Part shown: positions 1-10,334 of the stretch, in pieces
How positions within the stretch are numbered: position 1 is the stretch's first letter
Layout: the number at the start of each line of letters is the position of its first letter
Assembly: GCA_950097015.1 (NCBI GenBank)
Contig: CATNEN010000034.1
Span: 5,642,001 to 5,706,000 of the forward strand
Reading direction: 5' to 3'
Source of the DNA: Macrostomum hystrix
Taxonomy: Eukaryota > Animalia > Platyhelminthes
DNA length: 64,000 nucleotides
Made by a program: the position numbers and the translations under genes
Notes under the pieces: generated by a model
Seen by the model: the letters and a program-made list of their open reading frames with translations, nothing else
Told to the model about the DNA's origin: nothing
Databases searched by the model: none

Positions 1-444
1 GGGGGTGGCTGTAATAAAATTTGGCCCGCAGAGTGGCGGAGGGGAGTTGGGGTGGCTGTCCTCGGAAAACAAAAAGTGACTCACTTTGAGATGATGCAGC
101 TTTGCTCTGGATTGAGTAGAGATGTTCAAAATTGACAGCATTGTTGGAAAACATGTAAAGTGTAAGTGGATCAAATTTGGAGAAAATCTGACAAAGTGGG
201 GCGACGATATGTCGAATTGAGTGATTTTTTGACGATTTTTGAGCAGTTTTTTGCACTTTTGAGCAGGAAGGAAATGATTTTTCAGGAATTTGAGTAGCCT
301 ATTGCACTCAGCGTAGGTGGTTTTAGGTATGTGCAAAGTTTGGTGCGATTTGGTTGAGCGGTTTCGGCGTCTATAAAGACAAAAGGTTGCACACAGACAG
401 ACAGACAGACAGACAGAGTTTTCACTTTTATATATATAGATAGA
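1..444 (-). mobile_element. 5' end of a non-autonomous Helitron-like element (continues beyond the window start)
   Basis: The minus strand begins A|TCTATCTATATATATAAAAGTGAAAACTC followed by a (TGTC)n microsatellite. A TC start after an A, an AT-rich TATATATAAAA tract and an internal (TGTC)n run are typical of non-autonomous Helitron 5' ends. The 3' hairpin/CTAG end is outside the window. Confidence 0.55.
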
Positions 445-788
445 TACGATCTATGATATATGAATTATCAGACGCAAAGTGCTTACTGTAAGTAGTATTC
501 GATAAATAATAAAGTAGGATTTCTAAGTATTCGGCGTTTTTCACTTAAATGATTGTAGTATTTACTCGCAAGTAGATTAACTACGCTTCTGTAAAATATT
601 TCTTTCAGAAAATATTTTTTCTATTATTAATACAATAATATTATGAAGTATTACTTAATCACAGTCTTATTACCATTTTTGTTAAAAAAAACAAAAATAC
701 TTCAATAAGTGTTACGAAAAGTAAAACTGAACTTCAGAGTTGTTAGTCCAGAAATATACCCACGCACTCAACAATTTAAAAAGTTTTT

Positions 789-1008
789 AAGATCATACTT
801 TTAGGGATCATTTCTATAGTATGTTTCGCCAGGACGTCAACCAAAATTGACCCTGGACCCAAACCCGCGAGGACGAGGCCAAGCCTGCCTTTCTGAGCGC
901 GAAGCGGGTTACAGCTGGTTGCTTCTTCAACCTCGGCTGTAACCATTGATGACCGCTTTTCACCCTCCGAGCAGGGTGGAAAGGGAAGGCAGGCAAGCTG
1001 AGCGGTTT
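789..1008 (+). ncRNA. U3: U3 snoRNA (box C/D)
   Basis: The 5' end AAGATCATACTTTTAGGGATCATTTCTATAGT matches U3 boxes A'/A. Box C' GAGGACGA, box B CTGAGCGCGAAG, box C TTGATGACCG and box D CTGA-GCGG follow in canonical order. Stems visible: GGTTACAGC/GCTGTAACC, TTTTCACCCT/AGGGTGGAAA and GCCTGCCTT/AAGGCAGGC. Length ~220 nt. Confidence 0.95.
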
Positions 1009-2129
1009 TACGAAATCAAAGATAAACTCACAGCTAAGTTTCTAGTCTTTATAATTTTAACGAGCGGTATTCCTCCTCCGGAAGAAGTTAAGGGAAGAGA
1101 TTTCCCATCACCTGATTTTCCATCCGTCAAACTCTAACTATGCGAAGAGAACTCCATGAACCTTCAATCACTTTAACTTAAAATAGTCCATTTTTTAGGA
1201 CAGTGAAGGTAGCCCCAGGCCAGCTCTTTTTGTAAGCACATTCCACTCAGCCAAGGCAGAGGTGCGAATTAAAAATAGAAACAATTTTCTCAACAGCCTC
1301 CTCTCCGCCCCACTTAGTGTACACCTGATTTCACTAAATAAATCAGACCCCGCTCTGCCGACCGCCGCGCCCACCTGCTGCGCGCACAATGCACTGTCAG
1401 AATGCATTGCAAGACTTTCTCCGCTTACAGCATCCACAGTTTCTCAAATTTCGTAAAACAAATCACATCCCTGAAATCAGCACTTCAAGCTCTTTCCAGA
1501 AATATAAGTTGTGCGAACGGCCACCTCTCCGCCCCATTTTCAAACCGACTGCCAACCCTCCACTCTGGACAGAAAATACACTGAACAGATAGGCGAAACT
1601 TTCTGATGCAACAATTTGATTTTTCGTCAGGGTAGAGGATATGTGTGCTACTCAATACTACTGGCACTTTCTTCTGCTTTTTGAGGATCTTAGAATTTGA
1701 AATTCCAGAATTAAAATAGCCTATATTAAAGCCGACCTAAAGCCGACCTCGGAAAATTCCCATTTTCCCATATAAGTTTCAACGCTGAGTTGCCAGTAAT
1801 TTCATTATGATTAAGTATCTTATCAAGCTCTTAGAGTACAAATACGAGTACGAACTAAAGGGAAAAATGGCCGGGAATCCAGTGACTCATGATTCACCAG
1901 AATCATCTACTGATAGTAGTCCTGTTTGCGAATGTTCGGACAGGGAAAAATTGCGTATCCCCGAAAAATGCGTTCAAATGCAACTAATATATTAACACTG
2001 TACACCAGTACACAATACACATTCGGTCTGAATACCAATTGGGGCAGAATTACAAAAGTAACTTACGTTTGATACTACTCGGCTTAATGCTACTAAGGTA
2101 CGTGCGAATACTATCCCCCCAGCAGCAGA

Positions 2130-2530
2130 GAACTAATTTCACCTCAGCAGCAGAGAACCAATGTCCCCTCAGCAGCAAAGAAGCAATGTCCCCCCAGCAG
2201 CAAAGAAGCAATGTCCCCCCAGCAGCAAAGAACAAATTTCCCCCAAGCAGAAGAGAACCTCCATATTACAAGGCTACCAAACCGCCAGCAAGAAATATTT
2301 GCCCCTTTCTTTGACAGGAAACCATTGCCCCCATATAGCAGAGAAACGATTTTACTCAGCCCAGCAGGCAACAAATCTCTCCCAGCAGTCAACCAATATC
2401 CCTTCGCAGTATTCAATCAATGCCTCCCTTTAGCAGAAAACTAATGACCCCCTTAAGCAGGTAACCAATGCCTCCCTTTAGCAGAAAACTAATGACCCCC
2501 TTAAGCAGGTAACCAATGACCCCCTTTAGC
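2130..2530. repeat. Degenerate ~25-bp tandem repeat followed by a 48-bp duplication
   Basis: CAATGTCCCC(C/T)CAGCAGCAAAGAAG units at ~2158-2240. TGCCTCCCTTTAGCAGAAAACTAATGACCCCCTTAAGCAGGTAACCAA occurs twice at ~2420-2516. Confidence 0.75.
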
Positions 2531-2679
2531 AGAGAAGAATGTCCTCTTTTAGCAAAAAGTAAATTTTCCAATGCCAAATTTTCTGAATTAAATTTGAAAA
2601 TAAGAAGCACTAAAACTCAGTACGCCAGGGACAGTTGAGAAAGACTTACACAAATTACTAAGCATGGATGTCGACCCAA

Positions 2680-2902
2680 GTCCCTCAGCAGGTAATGAAT
2701 GTCCCTCAGCAGGTAATGAATGTCCCTCAGGAGGTAATGAATGTCCCTCAGCAGGTAATGAATGTCCCTCAGCAGGTAATGAATGTCCCTCAGCAGGTAA
2801 TGAATGTCCCTCAGCAGGTAATGAATGTCCCTCAGCAGGTAATGAATCTCCCTCAGCAGGTAATGAATGTCCCTCAGGAGGTAATGAATGTTCCTAAGCA
2901 GG
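2680..2902. repeat. 21-bp minisatellite, ~10 copies
   Basis: Unit GTCCCTCAGCAGGTAATGAAT read directly. Confidence 0.95.
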
Positions 2903-4599
2903 AAGACAATGTCTCCCTTTAGCAAAAAACAAATAAATTAAATCCGAGGCCTGGGCTGGGGCGCGCATGCATTAACAACTAATATTAACATACATTATAA
3001 TAATTCATTAATATTGACGTGCGCGATTAAGTTACTTCAAGTAGAAATATACGCATTTTATAATAAACATGCCCACACTACAGGTATGCTCTAGCAGTCT
3101 TCATTGGGTTTTGAATAGAATAACGCCTGAAGCAATGCTTGAAAAATGTAAAAATTTAAAATGAATAACGCTTTTAGCTGTGCTCAACTTTGTTTTTCCT
3201 AGTCCTGAATTTTATAATACTTGCAGCTATGCTTAAAAAATCTTACCTTAGTTTTAGCATCGAATAACACTTGCTGCTACATTTGAAAAACTTAGTGATT
3301 TAGCATAGTAGGATGACCCATGTTGGGCATGATGTACAGTTGGGCATGGGCAGCTTTTTCTCTTTCCGCGGACTAAATGAGGCCACCACACCACACGGAT
3401 TTCCACTACAGTTGATGCTGGTACTCATGTATTTCACACATTGGAGAACTATGTAATTTAATAAATTAAGCTTCTAGCCCGCAGGTGCTAGCTAGTGTAC
3501 AGTGTACGAAGATACAGAAATAAAATTAATCATTCGCGCCATTTTCATTTTTTTGCGAAAAACTGTCAACGTCAGGTATTTCAATAGAATACTGGCTAAA
3601 TGAAGCTCTATTCATTCCTTATTAACGAGTGTCCCAAAATTAGAGGCAGAAATCACGAGAAAATGGATTTGAAGTAAAGTAAAATCTATTCATCCATAAA
3701 ATTCCTATTGATGAATAGATGGACTATGAAATGCGCAGTGGCTGCACGAATGAAATGGAAATAAAAGATCAGGCATCGATGCGAATCAGCCATACATGTT
3801 TCATGTTTGGCTGTCTAACAAATGTACATATATATTTTCTACTCTGCTGGTCAGTTTTTACTGCTCTGGTCTGTCTTCCAATATGCATCTATGATAAGGC
3901 GACGGCAAACGCTTTTAACCTTCTTCTTCGGCCTTCAAACATGGAAGGTGCTGAGCAGTGGCGGCAATATTATTAGTTGCCTCATCACTGCTTGAGCAAA
4001 CTTGAGCTGTAGCCACGCCTCCTGTTGTCACGCTTCTAACACTCAACACTCAACACTGGAACTCAAACATGGAAGGATGGTCCTTATGCGAAGGAGGCTT
4101 ATCGCCTCATTGCGAAGCTAAATTTAGCCCTTTGAGCTTTTGGTTTATTATACTGTGAGGTCTGCAACTTGCTTGCCAAGGTAATGGATTGCAGCGTCTC
4201 TTGAAAACAACAAGAACAACAACTCGTAATTTTTCGCTTCTAGCTTGTTAATTTAGCTTCACTCTAATGCCAACGTAGTTCAATATGGATTATACATTCG
4301 TAGGCCCGCGCTTTTACTTGCATCGCAAAGGACAAAATTCTTTAACCTAATACATTAAGCATGAATAAATAATGATAAAAAGACTTCGCTGTTTCGTCAT
4401 TTGAGTGTCGGAAAAGGCTGTAAAATCTGAGACTAGCAGAATGTTAGGATGAACATGTAGTGAGACTTGGTTCATTTGGGAGTACATATTTCACTAAGGC
4501 CGCAAGCACCACATGGCGATGTGACTTTCCATTAGGTCACTATGCAGCGGTCAGGCAGGTTAGCATCGGGTTTTAAAGCATGGATTGTAGAGGGCCCAG

Positions 4600-5916
4600 T
4601 ATCCCGAAAAAAAGTTTCGCTGTAGTATGCATTTTCTTAGGTACATTTTTGGCAAACGCGGTTAGTCATTCCATCTATATGTCTATGGCAAAAGGCACCA
4701 CAAGTTTGAAGGCAAATGCAGTCTGCAGGGCATCAAGTTAAACACAGCTTGTTTGCAAAGATGGCCACTTCGGCTTCCTTCACACGATTTGACGTCAGAA
4801 ACATCATCAAGTTTTTTAGTTTTGGCTGGCAAATCAACATCAGAGATTCATGAAGAGCTTGGAAAAGTTGTTCTGAAAGAAGATGCTCCATCAATTCAAA
4901 CGGTTCGGAAATGGGTCCATGAAGTTCAAGGAGGCAGGCTGTCGATGGAAGACAAAGAGCGGTCTGGAAGGCCAAGAACAGCCACTGCTGATGCGAATTC
5001 TGAGCGTTTCAAAGCTGCAGTCACTGTGGACAGCAGATTGACTTGCAATAAGATCGAGGACCTCCTGGACATTCCTCACAGCACAGTGCATCGCATTCTT
5101 ACTGAGCAGCTGAACATGCAGAAGATCTTCGCAAAGTGGGTGCCTCATCTCCTGACTGAGCACCAAATGAAGGAGAGGGTGACCCTGGCGCAAGAAAACC
5201 TTCTACGGTTTAATCGAGAGGGAAGCAACATTCTCAGCAGAATTGTGACAGGAGACGAGACATGGGTCTACGAGTGGGATCCTGAGCTCAAGCGCCAGTC
5301 AGCACAGTGGCTTCCATGGGGATCGGCGAGTCCTGAGAAGGTTCAACGGAAGCAGAGCTCCTTGAAGGTGATGCACATAGTCTTCTTTGACATCCATGGG
5401 GTCCTGGTGGACTGGCGAATCGGCACCAAGGTGAATGCAGAATATTACCGATGCAGAATATTACCGGTACTGCAAGAAAAATTTTGGCCAGCCATCAGGA
5501 AAAAGCGGCCTGGTTTGCTGGAGAAAGGCGTGATTTTTCACCACGACAACGCACCTGTGCAGCGCGCCAGAAGAGTCGAGGAGCTCCTGGAGTCCTGGAG
5601 CTGGTAGGTCCTGGCACAATCACGCAATTTACCTGATTTGGCTCCAGCGGACTTCTACAAGTATAAATTTCCCAGAAGGAAGGACAGTCTTCGTTGTCAA
5701 CATTTTGCCTCTGTGGAGCAGATTAAGAACAATGCTTCATCAACCGGCGGCTGAGATGCAGCCTTTCAATCGTGGGTACGGCGCTGGCAAAAGTGCGTGG
5801 ATCTTGGCGGCAAATTTTTGGAGTTACCTTGACCAGTTTTTACTACTGTTAAAGTTTTAAGACTTTCCTTCAAACTGTTCGCCTTTTATTGTTGACCGAA
5901 ACTTACTTTTGGGATA
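4600..5916 (+). mobile_element. Mariner (DD34D) DNA transposon, ~1.3 kb, decayed
   Basis: Imperfect TIRs TATCCCGAAAAAAAGTTTCG (4600-4619) and CGAAACTTACTTTTGGGATA (5897-5916) enclose a transposase reading frame. Confidence 0.9.
4761..5832 (+). pseudogene. Mariner transposase pseudogene
   Basis: ATG at 4761 (MATSASFTRFDVRNIIKF), +1 frameshift in the T6 run at ~4812-4817. Motifs: HTH region, WVPHLL, IVTGDETW, FHHDNAP and DLAPADF, with 34 residues between the second and third Asp. Premature TAG at 5605-5607; C-terminal WVRRWQKCVDLGG remnant. Confidence 0.9.
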
Positions 5917-6330
5917 AATGTGCAATTGTGCGACTAAAGAAGGGCTGCTACGAAAAATCTACTTGTAATTAATTGAGAAATTTTATAACGGCACCTAAAG
6001 AAGAAGGTGTAGTGTGCGTACGCACGTGAGCCAGGCCCAGGTGTACACCTGGGTCGTTTGATTGGTTGCGGAGCGGGTGGGTGTCGCCACCCCAGTTCTA
6101 GCAAATAATATATTGACGCGCGCTCAGCGTGGCAGTAAAAATGAGAGTTTTGTCTGCACACTAAAAATAGCCTCGGCCTTAGTTATTACAGAAGGTACCA
6201 ACAAGTACCCAGCAAATATTAACATATTCTTACTTTTCGTTGCCTACTTTTGGGTAAAATGCATACGAGCTAGATTTTTCGTTTTATTCAAAAAATGTAA
6301 TTAATTTTTTTGCAGAATTCAGTATCGCAG

Positions 6331-6500
6331 CAGGAGCCGAAGTCAGTTTCGTATCAGGAGCCGAAGTCAGTTTCGTATCAGGAGCCGAAGTCAGTTTCGT
6401 ATCAGGAGCCGAAGTCAGTTTCGTATCAGGAGCCGAAGTCAGAATCGTATCAGGAGCCGAAGTCTGTTTCGTATCAGGAGCCGAAGTCAGAATCGCAGCA
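6331..6500. repeat. 24-bp minisatellite, ~7 copies
   Basis: Unit CAGGAGCCGAAGTCAGTTTCGTAT. Confidence 0.95.
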
Positions 6501-7990
6501 AGTGATTTTCGATGGAGGATAGAGCTGTGCTAGGAGCAAAATCTACAAATTTCTGCCTTAAAGTTAAGTTACGAGATCTGAATGAAGCTGGTATGCACCG
6601 GGGGCGGTATCAATGCGGTACCGGGCACGACAACCTAGATTTTCTGGATGCTGCATCCAGAGGATGCCCCCTGCAGCTAAGTCAAAGAGACAGGGAAGTT
6701 GACCGAGGCGTTCGATGGACAGCTCGACGTGGTGAGTGTTCTCCGTGAACTTGCCCTGAAACAGACGATTTAAAGCTCCCCTCCTTGGCCAGCTGTGATC
6801 GGCGCGGATTATTATTATATTGAACGAATTTTGCGATGTCGATGCGATGTCACAGAGTACTGCCGATTTGCAACTATTGCATAACTTACACTTTGGAATT
6901 AATTGTTAGTATTTTAAAGTTTTCTCACGCAGGGTTGTGGTTCTTTTTTACTATTTTCACTATAAACAAAACCTTTGAAAAATGTTGGCACCCGAGCTTA
7001 AATGGAAACGTAACAAGCAACAACATCAATTTTGGTATTGGGACGAAAAAATATTTGAGATAAAAAATGAATAAGAAAATAACTAGCACGTTAATGGTAA
7101 CCAAAAAGGATGTAACGACAAGAACATAGGGTACATTGAGCATCAGAGCAGTTGTTCTCGGAACTTCAATGTATTAATTATATACTTTGCCATGATCTCA
7201 GACAGTGTCTCGTTGTTCGAGTACCACTAAATATAATAGCTTATCGTCTGCTGTCAGACAAGGAATATTATTTTTTTAACTTCTTCAATTAGGTTTTTCC
7301 TGCGATATAGTCTACTTTGCTAAGGAATTTTCTGTCTTGTTGTTTGCAGCTTGCCAGCTTCTGGTTGCCTAATCTACGAGTATCTAGGAAACAGAGCTTT
7401 TTTAACGCCATCAATTTTTTGCATATGCATTTAACCTTAGTTCTCTAGCCTTAACCAACCGGTAGCAAAAACAAACCTTCAACGTTTTCCTTTACTTGCA
7501 CGTGGAGAATATTTTGCTAAAATGACGAATTTTAGAGAAAAATATGGTCATGTCACTATAGATCTGTACTAGATACCCCAAAGTATTCCGTCTTAGTGCT
7601 GTGCTAAATATGGATTGGTTCCGAGTTAACATAATTGATAAACCAGCCTACGTAATTTTGTCAGTTTTTTTCTAGCATCCTTCCCAGATCTGAAAATAGA
7701 ACGCGCTTTCATAGACCTGTCGTCAGGACAGCATCTTTTCAATAAATTGGCCCCTCCCACGCTACAGAATGCCAGCAGATCCCCAACCCAGCCAATCCGA
7801 AGCGACACGCGTCCAACGACCCGCCCCAGCTCCCGGCTCCTCGCCAAAGCCTTGAAATTCTGCCACTAGCGGCGCCGCAGCTCAGCTTTGCTTGACGCCT
7901 TCGCTACTGAGGGGGGAGGAGAATTCAACACCTGGGCGACGGTCGATAACTCCAAACTGCAGGGAGAGCAGGACGATTCCAAATAAGAAG

Positions 7991-10334
7991 ATGACCTCGA
8001 ATGCTTCAGCAAGTCTGGCTGCTGCTGCTAGCTGGCTTGTGCTTCTTATTGCCGCTGTTGCAGCCTCATCTGACGAAATGGACCAGCTGTCGTGGCAGCC
8101 GAGGAGCCCGGAAGGCTACCAGGATGTCGAAGGCGACAGAATCGATTTGGAGCCGGATGTGCCCGAAATCGGTCAGGGTAAGCCATAGTTCGACCCCTCG
8201 TAGTAGCCCGAGAACTATCGCGGTCTCACCTTTTTTCACAGAGTACAGCTGACAGACACCTATTTGTTCTAGCAGTGTTTTGAAATCAGGATCCGTCTAG
8301 TGGTTGTAGCTGTTTAGGAAACCTATAAATCTATTACGAGAAACCTGAAAGAAGCGGTGTGAGTGTTTTTAAATAACACTAAATGCAGAATTTTAGGGTT
8401 TTAATTAAACTTGAATTAGTCTATTAGTACCCTCCAATGTCGTCGGTAATTATTCGATCTCAAAGACAAAAGCATCTTACAGACTGAAATAAGTATGTTA
8501 TAGAGGTATAAAAAAAGTAAGCAAAGATAAATTGCAGTAATTTTGTACTGCTTAATGCCATGTAATTGCCTGATTCGGCTCCACCTCGGAGACGAATGAA
8601 ATGCGCACCTTTGAGGGCGGGCCGAACAGCAGCGTTCACGGGGGGTCAATGCGATGCCGGAAATTGGCTCTGCTGCTCTGCTGTGGCACTGAAGACGCAC
8701 CCCTCTTGTCAGCACACACTGCCCAATGTTTGACTGCTTCTTAAGGGAAATCACAACACTACGTTCGCATGTGTGCATTTGCCTAGCTGCCCCACTAGAG
8801 TGACATGTAATGGCTGACTGCTTTACCTAGAAGCTACCTATTGATCACTTATCAGATCAGGCTGAGTAGATGAGTACATGAAACAGCCTGTTATGTTCTC
8901 TAAATGCGATGCCCATTTTAAACTGGCTTGGAAATCAAGCAGTATACACTGCGGCGCAAATAAGGATGAGAGAGCGACTTAGGAGAAAGGATCTCGTATT
9001 TATTTGCAGCTTTTTCATTTTGGATTTCAAATCTCATAGAAAGTTGTGAAATTAGAGCCAATAAAGGAAACAGTGGCTTCTTTGAAGCAGCCGATCTGCA
9101 GTATGTGTATCTGCTTTTCGCATTGCTCCATCTCTTTGTAACACATTCTCAAAGCAAATTCCATTCTTCAAAGTCAGGTTGAATCCTTTGATTGAATCAC
9201 TTGCGCCGGTGGCGTAAATGAACTTGGCTAATATGATAATATGACGCTTTCATTAATGCTGCTTTAACAGAAGCTGCAGGTAGGGATGCAGATATTGGTT
9301 AAAACGCTTGGCATTATTGTGAATCCTGAATGGGAATTCTCCTGACGACTATAGTTTTAGGACAGGCAAAGCAGTGATGCTTTCGCTTTCAATGAAATTG
9401 AAATTACAGTACGGAGTGAGGATTCTGTCGCTTTGCCGAGGCTTGTGCGGGCAATAAGTCTAATGCATCGCTATAGTAAGCGAGAAGGCAGACAATAACT
9501 GGGCCATTGCTTTTATCTGCACAGGACTGCCAACTGAAACCCAGCCTTTCATGCGGAGAACAATCAAATATTTCCATCAATCAACCTTCTGTTCCTATCC
9601 ACTTTTGGAAAGCAATCCACCTTGATGGTTTAATGCCATGCGGGCTCGTTGACATTTTCAAGACGATTAAATAGCCCACCTTGCAGGCTGGAAAATTCTA
9701 CATGTTGTGCAAGATCGGAGATTCTAGCTTTAATTCTGCTAATTGATCTTTCGTTCGATTTCAGTTTCTGTTCGGCAAGATGTGATCAACAGTTAAATAT
9801 AAGAGCTATATTTGATAGGAGAGTGAAATCACCATTTTTTATTAATGCTCAGTTATTTCATGCAATTTAGCCGAATCCTTTATAATGCGAGATATTATAG
9901 TCGTTCACTGAGATCGAAACGCTCTCTTTGCGGGCGGGGCAATGTAATTTATATTCCATCTAGTGCACTTTCAGTGCATCTGGCTCCGGCAACCATTATT
10001 GTAACTTTTTGTTTAGTATAAACCAATACTCCTACAACTCGTAGACTTCTTCACTCACTCCTTTTTCGCAGCTTCTCGGCCAGGACACCGATATTACAGC
10101 TGGCTGGCACAGATGCGACTCCGGCGAGCTGCCCAAGCTGCCATCAGCCTGCGACGCCTGGCAGCCGAACTCCGCGCAGCCGTTGATTACAGCCGGCTAA
10201 TCGACGCCGACGTCGATACCAACGATGATGTTGTGGAAGCTGATATAGTGCCGGTGGTCGCTCAGTCAAGCAGCCATCGAAGGCGACTCAGCAAGCGCTG
10301 CCGCATCGGTAGACTCTCCTGCCCCATCGGATAA
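7991..10334 (+). CDS. Secreted prohormone/neuropeptide-precursor-like protein, ~149 aa; exons 7991-8177 and 10072-10334
   Basis: Signal-peptide-like N-terminus (MTSNASASLAAAASWLVLLIAAVAA) and acidic propeptide. Phase-1 donor CAG G|GTAAG matches phase-1 acceptor TTTTTCGCAG|CT. Several RR/KR sites; ends KR-CRIGRLSCPIG-stop. Confidence 0.7.

Noticed and set aside
2617-2925. ORFs at 2617-2925, 6310-6522, 18212-18474, 21786-22118, 33002-33460, 35775-36455, 51538-52054, 55391-56220 and 62434-63123
   Set aside because: They are stop-free by-products of tandem repeats, often open in several frames or strands, with no splice or codon support.
8943-9215. TATACACTGCGGCGCAAA as a Tc1-like TIR with a partner TTGCGCCG at ~9201
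   Set aside because: The match is only ~8 bp, the terminal bases do not correspond and no TA TSD pair was found.
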